Below are positions 49,045-63,330 of a stretch of 64,000 nucleotides of DNA, in pieces. This stretch comes from Gnetum montanum (Eukaryota; Plantae; Gnetophyta). The first letter of the stretch is position 1. The number at the start of each line of letters is the position of its first letter. The DNA is taken from assembly GCA_015680685.1 (NCBI GenBank), contig MNCI01000690.1:274487-338486 (forward strand), in the 5' to 3' direction. The notes under the pieces are model-generated. The model had not been told where the DNA came from and did no database searches. It saw only the letters and a list, made by a program, of their open reading frames with translations. The translations under genes were made by a program, and so were the position numbers.

Positions 49045-50845
49045 TGAAACACCATGAAATTTGGGCTATGACATCTTGACTACAAATTTTTCTAAGTTTC
49101 AGCATGAGGCAAATTTTTTGCTAAGTGCTGGGACTATGCTCTTCACTACACCAAAGTGTAGTCAGCCTAGTGAAAAGCATAGTTCACTCTAAAGAAAAAA
49201 TTTGTGCAATTTTGTCTAAGTGTTAATGTGAAGCAAGAAGTTGCAAATTTTTCTAAGTGTTGGAACTACACTCTCCACTACATGGGAGTGTAGTCAACTC
49301 AATATAGAGTTTAGCCAATACTAGAGGCCAATTTTGCAAACTTTCCTAAGTGTCAAGCTAGCAATTATAGAGCTTGGTTGGCATGGAAGAAATAGTTTGG
49401 CAAAGACTACGATCTTCACTACATCAAAGCATAGTCAAGCCTAATTGGGATGGAAGAAATACTTTAGCAAATTTTCTAAGTGCTGAGACTATGCTCTCCA
49501 TTGCCTGGGAGCATAGTCAAGTGTATTCAGCACTAAAGGCTCAGTTTTTTGTAGTTTTTTCTAATTGTTGAGACTACGCTCTCCACGACCCTAGAGCATA
49601 GTCAAGTGTAGTCAACTGGAAGCTTGATTTCTACAAAAATTTCTCTAAGTGCTTGAACTACACTTGACCCCAATTGGAAGTGTAGTCAGCCTCCCCTAGA
49701 GCATAGTCAGCACATGGCTTAGAATTTTTCTAAGTTTGGGACTACGCTCTCCCCCAATCCAGAGCATAGTTAAGTGTAGATAGCCAGAACAACCTCTAGA
49801 AGCCTCCACAATGTAGCACCAACATTCACATTAGCTCCAACACATCTTTGGCAAGTAGCATGCATCCTTTTAGCATCCCCCTTTGTCCAAAAATTGTAAC
49901 TACACTCAACACCACTCGAGATAGTGGACAATGTAGTCCTAGAGTGTAGTCTCCAAAATTGCATTTTTATTTTTATTTTTGCATTTTTGTTAGGTACATT
50001 GTAGTCTTTTTAACACATGAACATGTATTTGGTAGCATAGTCATAGTCTAGCAGTCTTGTAGAGTCCATTGGAGCACACTAGAGCATAACACCATTTGCT
50101 TCAATGGAGAGCATAGTTGGGTATAGCATAGTCCCAACCATCCCACTACCACATGGCAAATAATCCACATTTTCCACTAGCCCTAGCCCTATAAATCCCC
50201 CAATTCTATATGTTTTAGGGGTTGGAAAATTTGCATTTTAGGAATTTTGGCATTTGGCATTCTTAAAGCACAGTTGGCATCTCAGTAAGGTAAGACATTC
50301 ACTCACCACCACAGTCCACCACAATCCACTATAGACCACCGCAGTCCATTGCACCCTATGATGGCCAACCCAATAGGCACAAACACCATGGCAAAACATT
50401 TATCCTCATGGCCAAACACCCTAAGACTGTGACTATGTTTTCTATAGCGCTTGTTATACATTGCATACCTACCTCATCCCATTTGTTGTTAACTACGCTC
50501 AACCCCATTTAGGGTGGTGCTGCTTTCTCTCTCACTCTCATATTGTGCATTTGTTTAGCATTTTACTTGCATTCTTCACTATTTTTGCATGTAATCATGT
50601 GTTGACACCTTTTTTTTTGGTGAAAACCCTTAACTATACTCACCACCATTCACACCGTGAACACTACACAAACACTTAGCATCATTACGGCATTGCATTC
50701 CATAAGCCTCTGTTTGATCGACAATATGTTTTTGGGCACCCCACCTCCACCTCCAGTAGGCCCTCACATAGACGCAAGGTCAAAGTTGTGCACTTGTGAA
50801 CCTCTCGGTGTTTGGTTCCAACCACCAATGTTTTCGATCACTAAA
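49045..50845 (+). repeat. Element C 5' LTR with ~60-bp units (TTTTCTAAGTG...GACTACGCTC...GAGCRTAGTC) at 49085-49780
   Basis: TGAAACACCA start, TATA CTATAAAT ~50190, followed by GTTTT and PBS remnant ..TGTTAGAAGGAGG at ~50852-50867. Confidence 0.85.
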
Positions 50846-51332
50846 GTTTTCTACTGTTAGAAGGAGGGCTTTATCTATTTTTCTCTTTTGAAATTAGTTG
50901 GTTGTCACCTCTCATGCTCTCTACGTCACCATTGCTAGCTTTGAGCTAGCATAGATCCAACATCCTGATGGACCTACCCCGTGTAGTAGCTAGATCTTAA
51001 GCTAGAACAAACATTTTCTACAAACTAATTGATGTAGACTAGACCTCATCTTTGATTTCCTTGGAACCTCACAGAGCAACTTCAAAGCATCCCTTCCAAC
51101 ACTTAGCTAATTCTAGGTGCTCTCAGTGGAAAGCGTAGTTGGCTCTCAGTGTAGAGAGCATAGTCTCAGGACTTAGCCATTTTTTCATGATTTCAAACTT
51201 AATCGTTTCTTCCAAAGTTAGTCAAATTTTTATATTTTTCATACTTAGCCATTTTTCTACAATTTCTAGACTTAGCCATTTTTTATCAATTTTTAGAGTT
51301 AGCTATTTTTGTTGCAACTTTCTCTTGTTACC

Positions 51333-54300
51333 ATGAACTCTAAGCAACCTTTGGCATCAATTACAAACATGCTTTCTGTCCTACCTAAGCAACAAGAGGG
51401 TAGAATCAACCACTTTACCAGTCCTGGCATGGTAGAGCCAAGGTAGTCCCTTAGGCTACATCACTAGGAACCTGAGTACATGATGCTCAACAATAAGTAG
51501 TATAACTTCATTCATACAAAGCTCCAAGCATGTCTATTCATAGACCACTTAGACATGGAGGCAAAGAGAAGTTATGAGCTCATACATCGAAATAGACAAG
51601 AGTACATTCCTTCTCCCATTAACTTCACCCTACTCACCAAACCTTATCAATGGATGCTCACATAGCTCATCCGAGCTAGTGAGTATGATGTGGGGAAAGA
51701 TTATGAGGAGCCCCTATAAGAAGAGCAAGATGAGTTTGATTCTCAATCTAAGCATGACAACTCTTTCCATACCTCTTTCTAGCAAACAACTCCTACTTTC
51801 ATTCCCCCACAATCCCATCCATTTTTCTTCCTAAAGACAGTTACAACCCCAGCATCATCCTCTAGGTCAATACCTATGGTGGCATCCCACAAAACACACT
51901 ACAAACACCAAGACATAATGCCTCCCATTAATGTACCTTTTGTGATATAGTTGTAGCTTGTCCAATCCTCCCTACCAAAAACCATCATGCTTGCATAGCC
52001 CTACATGAACACTATGCATATCCCTTAGCCTCAAACAACTCAAGCATCTTACATCCTGCATGTCTCATCTACATCATCAGTAGTGGCCCAAACCACATAC
52101 TCATGGTTTGCCCCAGTCACTAGACTTGCAACTCAACCTACACAGCAAGCATCCTATGTGGTCCCACAACCCATAGCCAAGTCATGGGCCACTCAACTAG
52201 CATAGCTAGTGACATAACTACCATAGCCCATTGTTGCATCCCCAAGCTTGGATCAGGTGTTCCAGCTGATCCAAACCTTAACTGAAGAGGTTAAGTGGCT
52301 CAAGGCTTCTTTCTTTGAAATAGTCCATGTGATGGACTTCTATCAATATGATCCCATGAGTCCTGCTATGCCACCACTAACTCTCCCAACTAATATTCCA
52401 TTGCCCTACTTCACCAAGTACAATGGTGAAGGAGATCCTAACATGCACCTAGTGACCTTCTAGTTTGAGTGCTTACTGTTACAGGCATGGCCACATGTCA
52501 TTATACATGTGTTCACCATGTCCCTAACCAGCAAGGCACTCAATTGGTACCAAGTGTTGCCTAGGATCTCAATCTCATCTTTGGAAGACTTGCTCAACCA
52601 ATTCATCACACGCTTCAAGTATAACTTGAAGCCTGAGAAAACCCTTGACCAACTAATGTAGATTAAGTAGGGTCATATAGAGCCCATGTAGAATATTATT
52701 CAATGATGGAGTGCATCACTTAATGAAATCCATGAGCCCATAGCAGAAATGCACCTTTTGGCTATTTTCAAAGGTGTAGTCAATGACTTTATTAAGTCAA
52801 AGCTATACTATCTAGCACCGTAGTCCCTAAGCCAAGCATTTGCCCAAACTAAAAGCATAGAGAACATGGTAGAAGCTAACAAGACCTAACCTACATGGCC
52901 TATAAGAACTTGCACATGAAAAAGGACAAGAACAAGGGCAAACATGCTACAACTGTAGCAACTGTGGCCAACAAGGCCAAAGCCACTAATCCAAAGGCAA
53001 CAGCCAAGTCACCCAAGGCCTTGACCCACAATAAGACTGTTGGCCCTAGCATCATAATAATAAACTAGCCTACATCACTGGAAACCACAACACAAGTGGC
53101 TCTAAGGTTCAACTTTGAGTGCAAGGATGGCTCAAAGTACACCCTATTGCCCTTGAAACCATTGGAACTCTTGGATCAAGTACTCAAGACTAGATGAATC
53201 TAGTACAAAGAGATGTTTGAGGATGCTCACAAGAGATATGATAGATACTATGAGCTCCTAAGGAATCCCTCAACTATAGCCTCGAATGAGCCTCCAGTCC
53301 CTAAGCACTTTAGGCTAGACTAGTTTTACCATTATCATTAGTTACCTAGCCATAACACTGACTTTTGCGTGGCCTTGCAGGATGACTTGCAATACATGAT
53401 TGATAGGGATGATTTGGTGCTCAATGACACTAACCTAGTTCACCCATAGAACCAATAAATGAGGGTATACAAGAACCCTCTTAATGCAAATGATGCAAGG
53501 TACATCATCAATGTCATTAGCATTGATGATAACCCAGAATAGGTGTAGTGGTCATTTGTGGTCTACATTCCCTCTGGCAACATAGGGGTCCCCTTGGCCC
53601 CCATTAGTTCAAGGTCTCCTTTTGTTGTTAGAGTGCCACCTCAGGCACCCACAACACCTATCATGGTTAGGGTCCCATAGCACATTACAGTAGCAACAAC
53701 CTAGTCACCGTTTGTCATTAGGATGCTACAACATGTTGGTTCTTCCCTTGCCCCTAGTCCAGTGGTGGGTGACACATTAATCCCTACCCATCTGAGGTAC
53801 CATCTTACAGGTAATGCTAACAAACCATCTATAGGGCAACCTGAATGGCCTAATGAGTAGCTCACTAATAAAATTCTTAGGCAACATTAGGAGAAAAAGG
53901 TGCTAGGTCCACCCAAACCAGTCTGCATGTCCAAATCAACTGAGAAAGCCATCACTAGCAAGCCACAACCAAGCACTAAGTCTCCTAAATAGGCTAGGCA
54001 AACCAAGCCCAAATCTCCTTCGCAAGAGATCTATCTCCTAGGACGTATGGAGGAGGTTAAGGCCAACAAAGGGACAGACACTGAAAAAGACTTCTGAGAC
54101 ACATTAGCTCAGGTGAAGTAAGCCTTAAAGTAAAATAACACTACATTGAGCCTGTACAACCTCATTATGACCTCATTTGCTCATTGCAAAGCGTTAGTCC
54201 ACATGTTGACCTCCATTCCTATCATAGAAGACATTCCAGCAGATGAAAACTCCATCCATGTTGTGATGTTGCCTCCTACACCACAAGAATCAAGCTCAAC

Positions 54301-55005
54301 ACCTCTAGAATTTCACAACAAGGCAATCAAGGTTGATCCTAAGAAGGATCAGGTCATTACAACATCCATGTTTATCATGATACGTGTTGGGTAGTGCAAA
54401 ATCCATAGAGTGCATGTCAATGATGTGGTGGAAACAAACATCATCCCATACACTATCATTGACAAACTAGGCCTTGTCGAACCTATTAAGCCCACAAAAA
54501 CAACATTCTTGAAATCCTTCAATGGGTCATGCGTTGTCATTAGGGGAAACATCACAATAGCCTTTGTGGTAGGGAAATAATTCCCTACTACTACTGAGTT
54601 CATCATTATTGAAGAGATGTCAGGCTTTAACCTAATCTTGGGTAGGCCTTAACTGGTCCAATTATTGATCATTTCCTCTCCCATCCACCAAGAAATCCAC
54701 CTTCCATATGAAGGTAGTGAGGTCATTATACGTAGTGACAATGTAGCTCCTCTAGCCATTAACAACATTGACACGAAAGAAGGATCAGAGGTAGAGTTCC
54801 CTAATGCAGTGAAGGATGATAGCAAAACATGTGAGGTAACCCACGTGAGAAAATAAAGGAAGAAAACAACCTCTTAGAGGATGCTCTATAGGTTAAATTA
54901 CCCTTTGACATAGCTGACGAAGGTCAAGGGGAGTGTCGTATAGTTCCATCTAGGCCCTATATGCCCCCTAACCCTCACTAGGTTAGGAAGCAATTACACG
55001 ACTAA
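51333..55005 (+). pseudogene. Element C gag-protease
   Basis: PLPYFTKYNGEGDPNMHLVTF; SLYNLIMTS; IHRVHVNDV; FNLILGRP*; SSPIHQEIHLPYEG; ends VRKQLHD*. Confidence 0.9.
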
Positions 55006-55309
55006 GGCATCTTCTTAGTACAACACATGCTACCTGCCTATCTATCCTTTTCTTGTACATTTGCATTTTATTTGCATTTCATTTTTTTCTTGTATTACAT
55101 TAGTCTACACATTTATACTTAGCTTTATTACTTAGATTATGCATTGTCCACTTTGTTTGCACATTTATTTGCTTTGTTTATGCATTTTGCTTAGCCTATG
55201 CAGTTACTCGTTTAGTTTTCCCATTAGCAGTTTTTTAGCTAACACATGAAAAACATAAAAATGCATAAAAATTAGAAAAAAGCCAAAATCACAAAAAAAG
55301 AAATCACAC

Positions 55310-55510
55310 TACATGGCTCGCCATGGCCTTAAACTGGCAATGTGTGGCCCACCATGGCCTTAAACTAGTAACTCACTACCTAAAATGGCCTAAAACTATC
55401 ATCACAGCCTAAAATGACTTTCAACTAGCACCTTTTATTCCATCATCGTGGCCCAAAATGGCTTTAAATTAGCATAGGCCCTCCCACTATGGCCCTAAAC
55501 TAGCATGGGC
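55310..55510 (+). repeat. Hairpin-TAAACTRG copies after the C gag-PR stop
   Basis: GGCC-CACCAT-GGCC-TTAAACTAG, GGCC-CAAAAT-GGCT-TTAAATTAG etc. Confidence 0.8.
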
Positions 55511-55756
55511 CTCACAATGCCCTAGTTACATTATCACCACGTGATCTAAACTTAGTGCATCAATCCATCACATTACAAGCATAGTAAGCACAAAATAAAA
55601 CATAAAAAAAGAATTTGCATGTTACACATTAGACATATGGAAACACATGCATTAGATATCACATGGATAACAGTACATAGCATGAGCTGCATGAGCAACA
55701 AAAAATACAAAAAAAATGCAAAAAAATCCCAATAGTAGGGCTACATCAGGACATGC

Positions 55757-58700
55757 TTAACCAGTGGTACTAGGTGGTGGAGGAGTTCCTTCTTCCCCTG
55801 TTGCACCACTAGGGCCCGTAGCATCTCCTAGTACCTGCTGCTACAACCACAACAAAACAAGTAGTCAATAAGTAGAACCTATACACAAGCTAAAACAAAA
55901 CATGTAGAAAAGCAAATAAAGAACTAACCTGAGATTGTCCCACATCGACATCATCTAGAGGCAACTTGTCAAGGCCATCCTCCAAGCATTAAAGGATCTT
56001 AGCCTCTAAAAGCTTCATCCAATCATCCTAGCCAAAGTCAATCCCCACAAGGGTCTTACTTTTGTCCATGGCGGTCCATGTGGGTGGCTCCATGGAAAAG
56101 GTAGTAGAAGACACCTCTCCTGAAGGGATGACAATCTACCTCTCAAGAGAGCCACTCACCACTATATGTTAAGGAAACAACTTGTAAGCCTATCTTTCAT
56201 TATTTACCTCAAGGAACATCTCAAGGCAATGGCATTCAACAAAATCCTCCTTGTACCATCGAAGTTTTGCATCATACTTGCACTTATATTGGTGCTTGTA
56301 GTTCTTCTAAGTCTATCCCCACTTGTACACCTTAGTGCTACAATTTTTCTAGTGCTAGTTTTTCTAGGCAAGTAGATCCATCTGCAACCACTGCTTGATT
56401 ATCTCTCGCATGGCTTCATTTTTGCCTCTAAGAGCTAACCAATAACAAGCATAGTCTATCTTAGAGGTCCTCCAAGTATTATCCCATTGTGACCTAGTAG
56501 ACAGAAAATCATATCAAAATTGAAGATCCCAAATCTTCGTGTCCTAGCTGGTCACTTGCTCTTGGAGCTTATGCACCCATTTTCATAGGTGCTCATTTGA
56601 GCACCTATAGACCCACAATGCTTTGGCATAGGAAAATGTGCACTTGCTCACTATCTCGTACATGCGATGAGACACCTGATCTACCTCAAGAGGGAGTTCA
56701 AGGAGGGCATCCACCTTCACCACCTTAGTTGGATTTCATTGAAGCTTGAAACCTATTAGCATGCAACAAGAAAATCAACCTTAGCTTTCGATCAGTAAAG
56801 AAACATAGCAAACATACTGAGCTTGGGATCTATCTATTGTAGGTGGTCAACCATGTCCTACATAATGCCTTCCATGAAGGAAAATTTGTCACGCATGTCT
56901 ACCCATGGCTTCATGCAATAGGTAGATGTTGGACCATTGGCAAGCACATTTGAAGCTATAACACAATGATGCAATTAGCATACAATCAAATAGTTGAAGG
57001 TGCTAGAGCAAAAAGGGTAATAATAAATGATAACACAAATGACTTATCTAGCAATCCCTTAGGTGTGAGTGCAAGAGGGTCACCCAGCTATACACCATCA
57101 AATAGGCAATCAAAATCACCCCTATTGGGGTGGAGCAGCCCCTCCTCCTCCAACTATTGGAGGGCCTCTACTACACTAGGTAGCTCATCTCCATGAGCTT
57201 CCTTCTCGTCAGTTTGGGGAGTTGCTTCTTCTACTACCACTTCTGCTACTACTTCAACAACTTCTCTTCAATCTCTGCAATCAACATATACACACCTTAG
57301 CAAAAGCATAGTAGCATAACATAACATAAAAACATGAAAACATAAACATATAATATACAATAAATGCATCAAGCAAGTTACTCATACTAACCTACAACCT
57401 CCACATGCAAGCTTTGAAACTTGATGTGGATTTTCTTGCTACTTGGCCTCCTAGCCTCAGGTGCAGCCTCCTCTATAGTGTGTGGCCTCTTAATCTTTAC
57501 CTTGGATAGTCCCACCATCTCTACAATGTAGTAGTCCACCTTAGCCATGTTCCCAATGCCAACTAGGGGTGCCTCACCTACATTATCATGTGAATAGTGT
57601 GACTGCCCCATGGGACCTTTGGTCATTACTGATAATGACTCATTGATCTCCTCCGAGGGGTCTTATCCCCATGTGCTCATGAATAGATGCTTATTCCATG
57701 GCTTTGAGAGCTACTCATGGTCTTGCACCACCCAACGCCCACCATCAAGTATGACCAAAAGCTCCACAAACCTTCATAAGTACCCTATGAAGAATGTGAA
57801 GTGAACATGGGATCTCACCTAGATGTTAAATCTTAGCCATGAGATCTCCGCATGCAAGCCAATCGCAATATAGGTAGCCCAATTGAACCTTGTGCCCTCT
57901 AGCAGCACCTCTTTCATCACCCATGCCTACTCCACCCCAAATATCTTTCCTTAGGAGAGTAGCTTCAAAAAGGCATGGGCACATAAAAAAGGATAGAGCT
58001 CTCTCACCTTGGGCATAAGCATGCCCTTGATTGGTATGCCCTTATGAGATCGAATGACACCAAACCAATCCTCGATCTCCCCTATGTGGTCCACCTCCTT
58101 GCTATCCTTGTTAACAATTAATAGGCCATCAGTGGGAAGTCCAAAAAGATTGGCAAAGAAGGCCTCACCAAGGTTAGGAACTACCCTCACACCACACACG
58201 GGGGTGACAAACTATCGAACATCACTGCTGAAGGAGTTGATCATGGTAACCATTTTGACCACCAGAATACTTGGGCTAAGGGCCAAAAATAGGTCAATCA
58301 ACCCTGCATGTGTGAGCCTAATGGTTAATGCATCTAAGGCCTTGTGGCACAATGAATGTTGTGTACCCTCTACATCACCATATTTCATGATGAGGGTGGC
58401 CTCTATGTGACCTATGGTGACCACTGTCACCTTGCTTGAAGTAACTATTGCTACAACAAAGGCAAAGCAATGTTAACATCATGCAAAACACAAACTAATG
58501 GGCAAACATGAGCAAGCACATGAGCTAAAACATAAACACTTACATGGCACAAATGAATTACAGACATCTCATCAGTGTTAATCATACTAATGGCCCACTT
58601 CTCATCCAACCAATCATGGGCCTTGCACCACTCATGTGCCCTCGGTTAGTGGGTGGGGTAAGCCTCCAAATCAAACCCCACCTACTCAAGCATAGCTTCC

Positions 58701-61163
58701 CAAACATTCAGGCTAGAATAGAACACCTCTAGAGCAGTGCAGGTCAACGCTAGAGCATCCCTCTCATCATGTAGCCCTTTCTCATTAACTATAAAGCTGG
58801 CATTAATCATGAGTAGCTAGCAAGATAGCGTGAGCAAGTAGCAAGACATAAACTATGAAAGCTATAAGAACAATTACCCTCCAGCACAATAGATAGTTCT
58901 AGGTGGGTTCTAGAATAGGATGTGCACTTGCAAAGCAACAAAGAGGGTGTTGTTCTTGTTGTAGCAACTGAACCCTATCATACGCCAAATCCTGGATAGG
59001 TACCAAGCATCTCTAGGGCCTCTGTCTAAACCACCTACTCCATCACCACTGGCAATTGGTTCATTAAACATGAACCTTAAGATGTTCCAATTAGCCTTGG
59101 GCAATAATGTCTCGGTAATGGCATTGGTGACCTCCACCACTAAGTGTGACCACATGATCACACTAAACTTTTGTAGCAAGTACTCCAAGAACTCACAAGC
59201 CCCTAGCTGAAACCACATTGCCTACTGGCCCACCCACATATCTGGTGTAGGTATGTTGGGAACAGGCTCACTCATGCAACACAAGATGTCCATGAGCTTG
59301 ATGACAACCAAGATGGGCTTCAATAGCACTTTGCAACAATCAAGCAATGAACAAAGTGTTAGTATACATCCATAGATGCAAATTTTGACATGGAAGTACT
59401 AAATTAAAGTTAGTAAAGTTAACATAATATAGCATGGCCTAGCAAAAATTTTTAATCTTGTTGATGCCCTCAAGGGCCCTGTGGGTATAGGACATCAACC
59501 AAATACATTTGATGTGCCTGGTACTCACTGGGATACAACACATTTACATAGGATTAGCATTTCATTTTATAGTTTTCATAGGTTTAGCATTAGCATGTTT
59601 TTGTAGGTTTAGCATTGTTGCAATTTGCATAATTAGCATTGTTACATTTTGCAAATTTAGCATTACATATAGTTTGCAAATTATTTCTAACACCAAACCA
59701 CCTTAACGGAGAGTGTAGTCCAAAACTTTCAAAATTTTTCCAACTTTCAACTATCACAGTGGAGGGCGTAGTCCAAATATTTGCAAAAAAAATCTAACTT
59801 TGGGCTATCTCTGTAGAGAGGGTAGTCTAGACAAGAGGTAAAATTTTTCTAACTATTAGTGTTGTGACTATGCTCTCTATAAAGTGTAGTCTCAAAAAAA
59901 CTAACTATTGGGCAAGCAACATTTTGACAAACACTTGGCATCAACTGTGCCTCCAAGACAAAGAGTGTAGTCCTACATGTGGCCAATAGAAACGAAGTTT
60001 TGGCCATTGCCCCAATGCTCTTGACGTCAACACACAATGCATCCTACCACAACACCACACACCACCACCACCATCACTTCCTCACACCTTGCACATCACA
60101 AGCTACTACAGTGCTAAGCATCATGCCCACCATGGCCACTATGCCCATCATGCCTACCTCACATCCACGATGCCATCATGCACCATGCCTCTACCCTATC
60201 TCACCCTACCCTACCACTACCCCCAAAATTTGTGCACAAGAAAAATAATATAGTGCAAGTAGAAAACATAGAAATGCACCCTTGGGACCAAGCCTCCCCT
60301 CATGGCCCCTATAGCTGCATGACTATGCTGTGAGGTGTAACGCCCCTGCAACCCTCACACCATATTGTGAGGGTGTAGACACCTCATGGCCCCTCAGGCC
60401 CCTAATGTGCCTAGCCCCCACACAAAAAAATAAAAAAAAATAGCAAAAACTGGCCATGCCCCCCTTTCCTTACATCAAGATGCCCTTGACCATTGTCAGG
60501 GCCTTTGTCCTTGTCCAATGCCAACAACAATGAAAAAAATGAAAAAAAAAATTACAAAACCTTGTGGCACTCTCTACTCCACAGTCAGCCATCTTTGGCC
60601 ATAGCCATTGTCAAATCCTAATTCCTACCTTGCTTGTGTCACAAAAAATGAAAAAAAAAATTCAAAATAACCACAATACAAACCCTCCACATCCCAAAAA
60701 ATCCTATAGCAATTCAACCTTAGGCCAGCCCTATAATTTTTTGTGCATTCCCTTGAGGCTGCACCATGACCAATAATAGCCAATTTTTTCCCTCAACTGC
60801 ATCATAATATGTGACTTGCAGCCTTCTCATGGTCCACACAAGAACACCCAAGCACCACAGGTAAAACCCTTATTGCCAAAACACCTTCCTAATGCATGCA
60901 CTCCTAGCCATAGTAATCCAAATGACTCACGAAGGTGGTGATCCCTCCCATGGTTGGACACCAACAACTCCCAAAGCCCAAAACCCTCAAGTGCAAAAAA
61001 GCTAAATGAAAAAAATGGCTAAGGGGAGAGTGTAGTTGGGGTACCTAGCTGACATCGATGACCTCCTCTCTTTGATGTGTACTTGTCGTAGGTGGCCCAA
61101 TGCCTGTTCCCCCTCGTCCATATTTGCCAATCCTAGGTGTAGGCATCCACTTCAATGTGTCAT
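55757..61163 (-). pseudogene. Element C antisense accessory gene
   Basis: Exon 1 MTH*SGCLHLGLANMDEGEQALGHLRQVHI aligns with B exon 1 MAPKDKCKH*GLANVDEVKDTLGHLSKVHV. Donor at 61044. WFQLGACEFLEYLLQKFSVIMWSHL...YNKNNTLFVAL; LTHAGLIDLFLALSPSI; FFANLFGLPTDG. Confidence 0.8.
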
Positions 61164-61703
61164 CTTGGCTCCAACTACACTCTCTACTGGTAGCATAAAA
61201 TGACTACAATGACAAGTCTATGCCCTAGATTTCATGTTTTGCAAGTTTGAAAATGACAACTTACCCATATTGAAACATGCTTTTATACCCTCCCAGGGTC
61301 ATTTAATGACTCACCAACCTAGAACTACACTTCACACTTAGCCAAAATTCTCAACTTTTGGTGGGAGCATAGTTGGATAAGAGCGTAGTCACTCACACTT
61401 ATCCAAAATTTTCAACTTTTCATTGCTCAATCAATGCCTTAGCCAATTTCACTTTTTGATCACAGCCAACCTTTTCCAAACTAATACCTTTGATGCATCC
61501 ATGGTTTTCTTAGACCTAAAACTAGCATGCACAACCTATTAAGGCCCAAAATTGACACACATACATGTTTACCATTCTTTATAGCCCCTATTGCATACTT
61601 GGGAAAATTTTCATTACATTACTTTTTATTCATTTATGCATGTTAACTTGGTTGCAACAAGTGTCACTTAATGTTTTGTTGGTTTGTTTTGCAAGAATAC
61701 GAC

Positions 61704-62820
61704 ATGGCCATGCTTGAGCAGCTTCTCTCTCCTCTAGTTCTCATAGGACGTCATGGTGATATCAAGTGATGCATTAATCCACATTGCCTAGACCTTGAGC
61801 CTACAACTTATGCTGAATACATAGCATCTATAGAGACATCGCTAGATTGACCCTACATGGAGCACGATTTCATCTCCAAGGTCATAACATGCAACATGTG
61901 TCAACAACATGGCAACTTAATGCATGTGCCACCAACTAAACTACAGACAACATAGATCACGTGGTCATTCCAATGTTGGGGCTTGGACATCATTAGACCT
62001 ATCATGTCTACGTCCTTCACAGGGCATAGCTTCATCATAACTGCAACTGAGTATTTTACCAAGTGGGTTGAGGCTATTCCCCTTAGGAAGATAAGATCAC
62101 AATAGGTTTGCAAATTTGTGCTTGATAACATAGTGATCTATTTTTTTTTTACCCATGACCATAGGCACAAACAATGGTTCACAATTTAGCAATGCTAAAA
62201 CAAAAGCCTTTTGTGAGCACCTTGGTATTAAACACTCCTTCTTGTTGTCGTACTACCCCCAAGTGAATGGCCAAGTAGAGGCCACCAACAAATTCATTGT
62301 GAACCTTTTGAAGAAAGTGCTAAGCAACAGTAAATGATGATGGCATGAGCAACTAGTTTGCACACTCTAGGCCTATTGCAGAACATGATGAATAGCAACA
62401 GGTAAGACGCCTTACAATCTTATCTACATATCTGAAGCAATTTTGCCCCTTGAATTGTAGGTTCCATTACTCCAAGTGATCCTCTCAAGCTTCATTAATG
62501 AAGATTAGAATAACGAGTTGAGGACCATAGACCTTAACTCAATAGAGGAGGAGCACATGCAGATGCTTGATTGCATTGAATGGTACCAAGAAAAGCAATA
62601 GCAAAATCACCATCACAACCAGCATCAATGCTTGATCAATAAAGGGGTCCTAGTCCTCAAGGTCATTTACAAACCCACAAATAAATTCTCAGTCAACTAG
62701 GAAGGGCCTTTCTTGGTTACTAAGGCCTATGACAATGCAGCATTCAAGATTGCTGATCAAGATGGCAATGAGTTTTCCAATCCAATGAACCATTCATACC
62801 TAAAGTTTTATTATGCCTAG
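61704..62820 (+). pseudogene. Element C pol leader fused directly to integrase
   Basis: MAMLEQLLSPL...ETSLD*P|YMEHDFISKVITCNMCQQH...WGLDII..EYFTKWVEA...YYPQVNGQVEATNK...EGPFLV...FYYA*. Confidence 0.9.
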
Positions 62821-62854
62821 CATGTAGTATTACATCTCAACAAAGCAAGGAAAG

Positions 62855-63330
62855 CACAAGTCCACTATGACTATAAACTAGTGTAGAAAGTTTTCCATGA
62901 CTATAAATTGGCATAGCACAAGTCTACTACGACTATAAACTAGCATAACACAAGTCTGCTATGACTACAAACTAGCACAGTATAACTCTACTATGACTAT
63001 AAATTAGTGAAAAAAGTCCACTATGATTTTAAATTGGCACAGCACAAGCCTGCTATGACTATAAACTAGCATAGCAAAAGTCCGCTATGACTATAAACTA
63101 GCATAGAAGTCTGCTATGACTATAAACTGGTGTAGAAAGTCCACTATGACATTAAACTAGCATAGAAACAACCTTTCATCTACCATGACATAAACTGGCA
63201 CAACTCATCCTTGGGTTATGATGTTAAACTAACACAATAGCATTCATTCACTACGACATTAAACTAGCACACAATAGTCCACTAGGACTATAAACTAGTT
63301 CACCATAGTCTACCAAGACCTTAAACTGGG
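62855..63330 (+). repeat. ~30-33 bp tandem array AGTC-CACTAT-GACT-ATAAACTAG after the C integrase stop
   Basis: About 15 units directly visible. Confidence 0.95.

Noticed and set aside
62855-63330. CRISPR-like array (also 15260-15680, 29720-30025)
   Set aside because: Inter-repeat segments are only ~8-12 nt and related to one another, repeats are degenerate, there are no cas genes, and the context is a plant retrotransposon.
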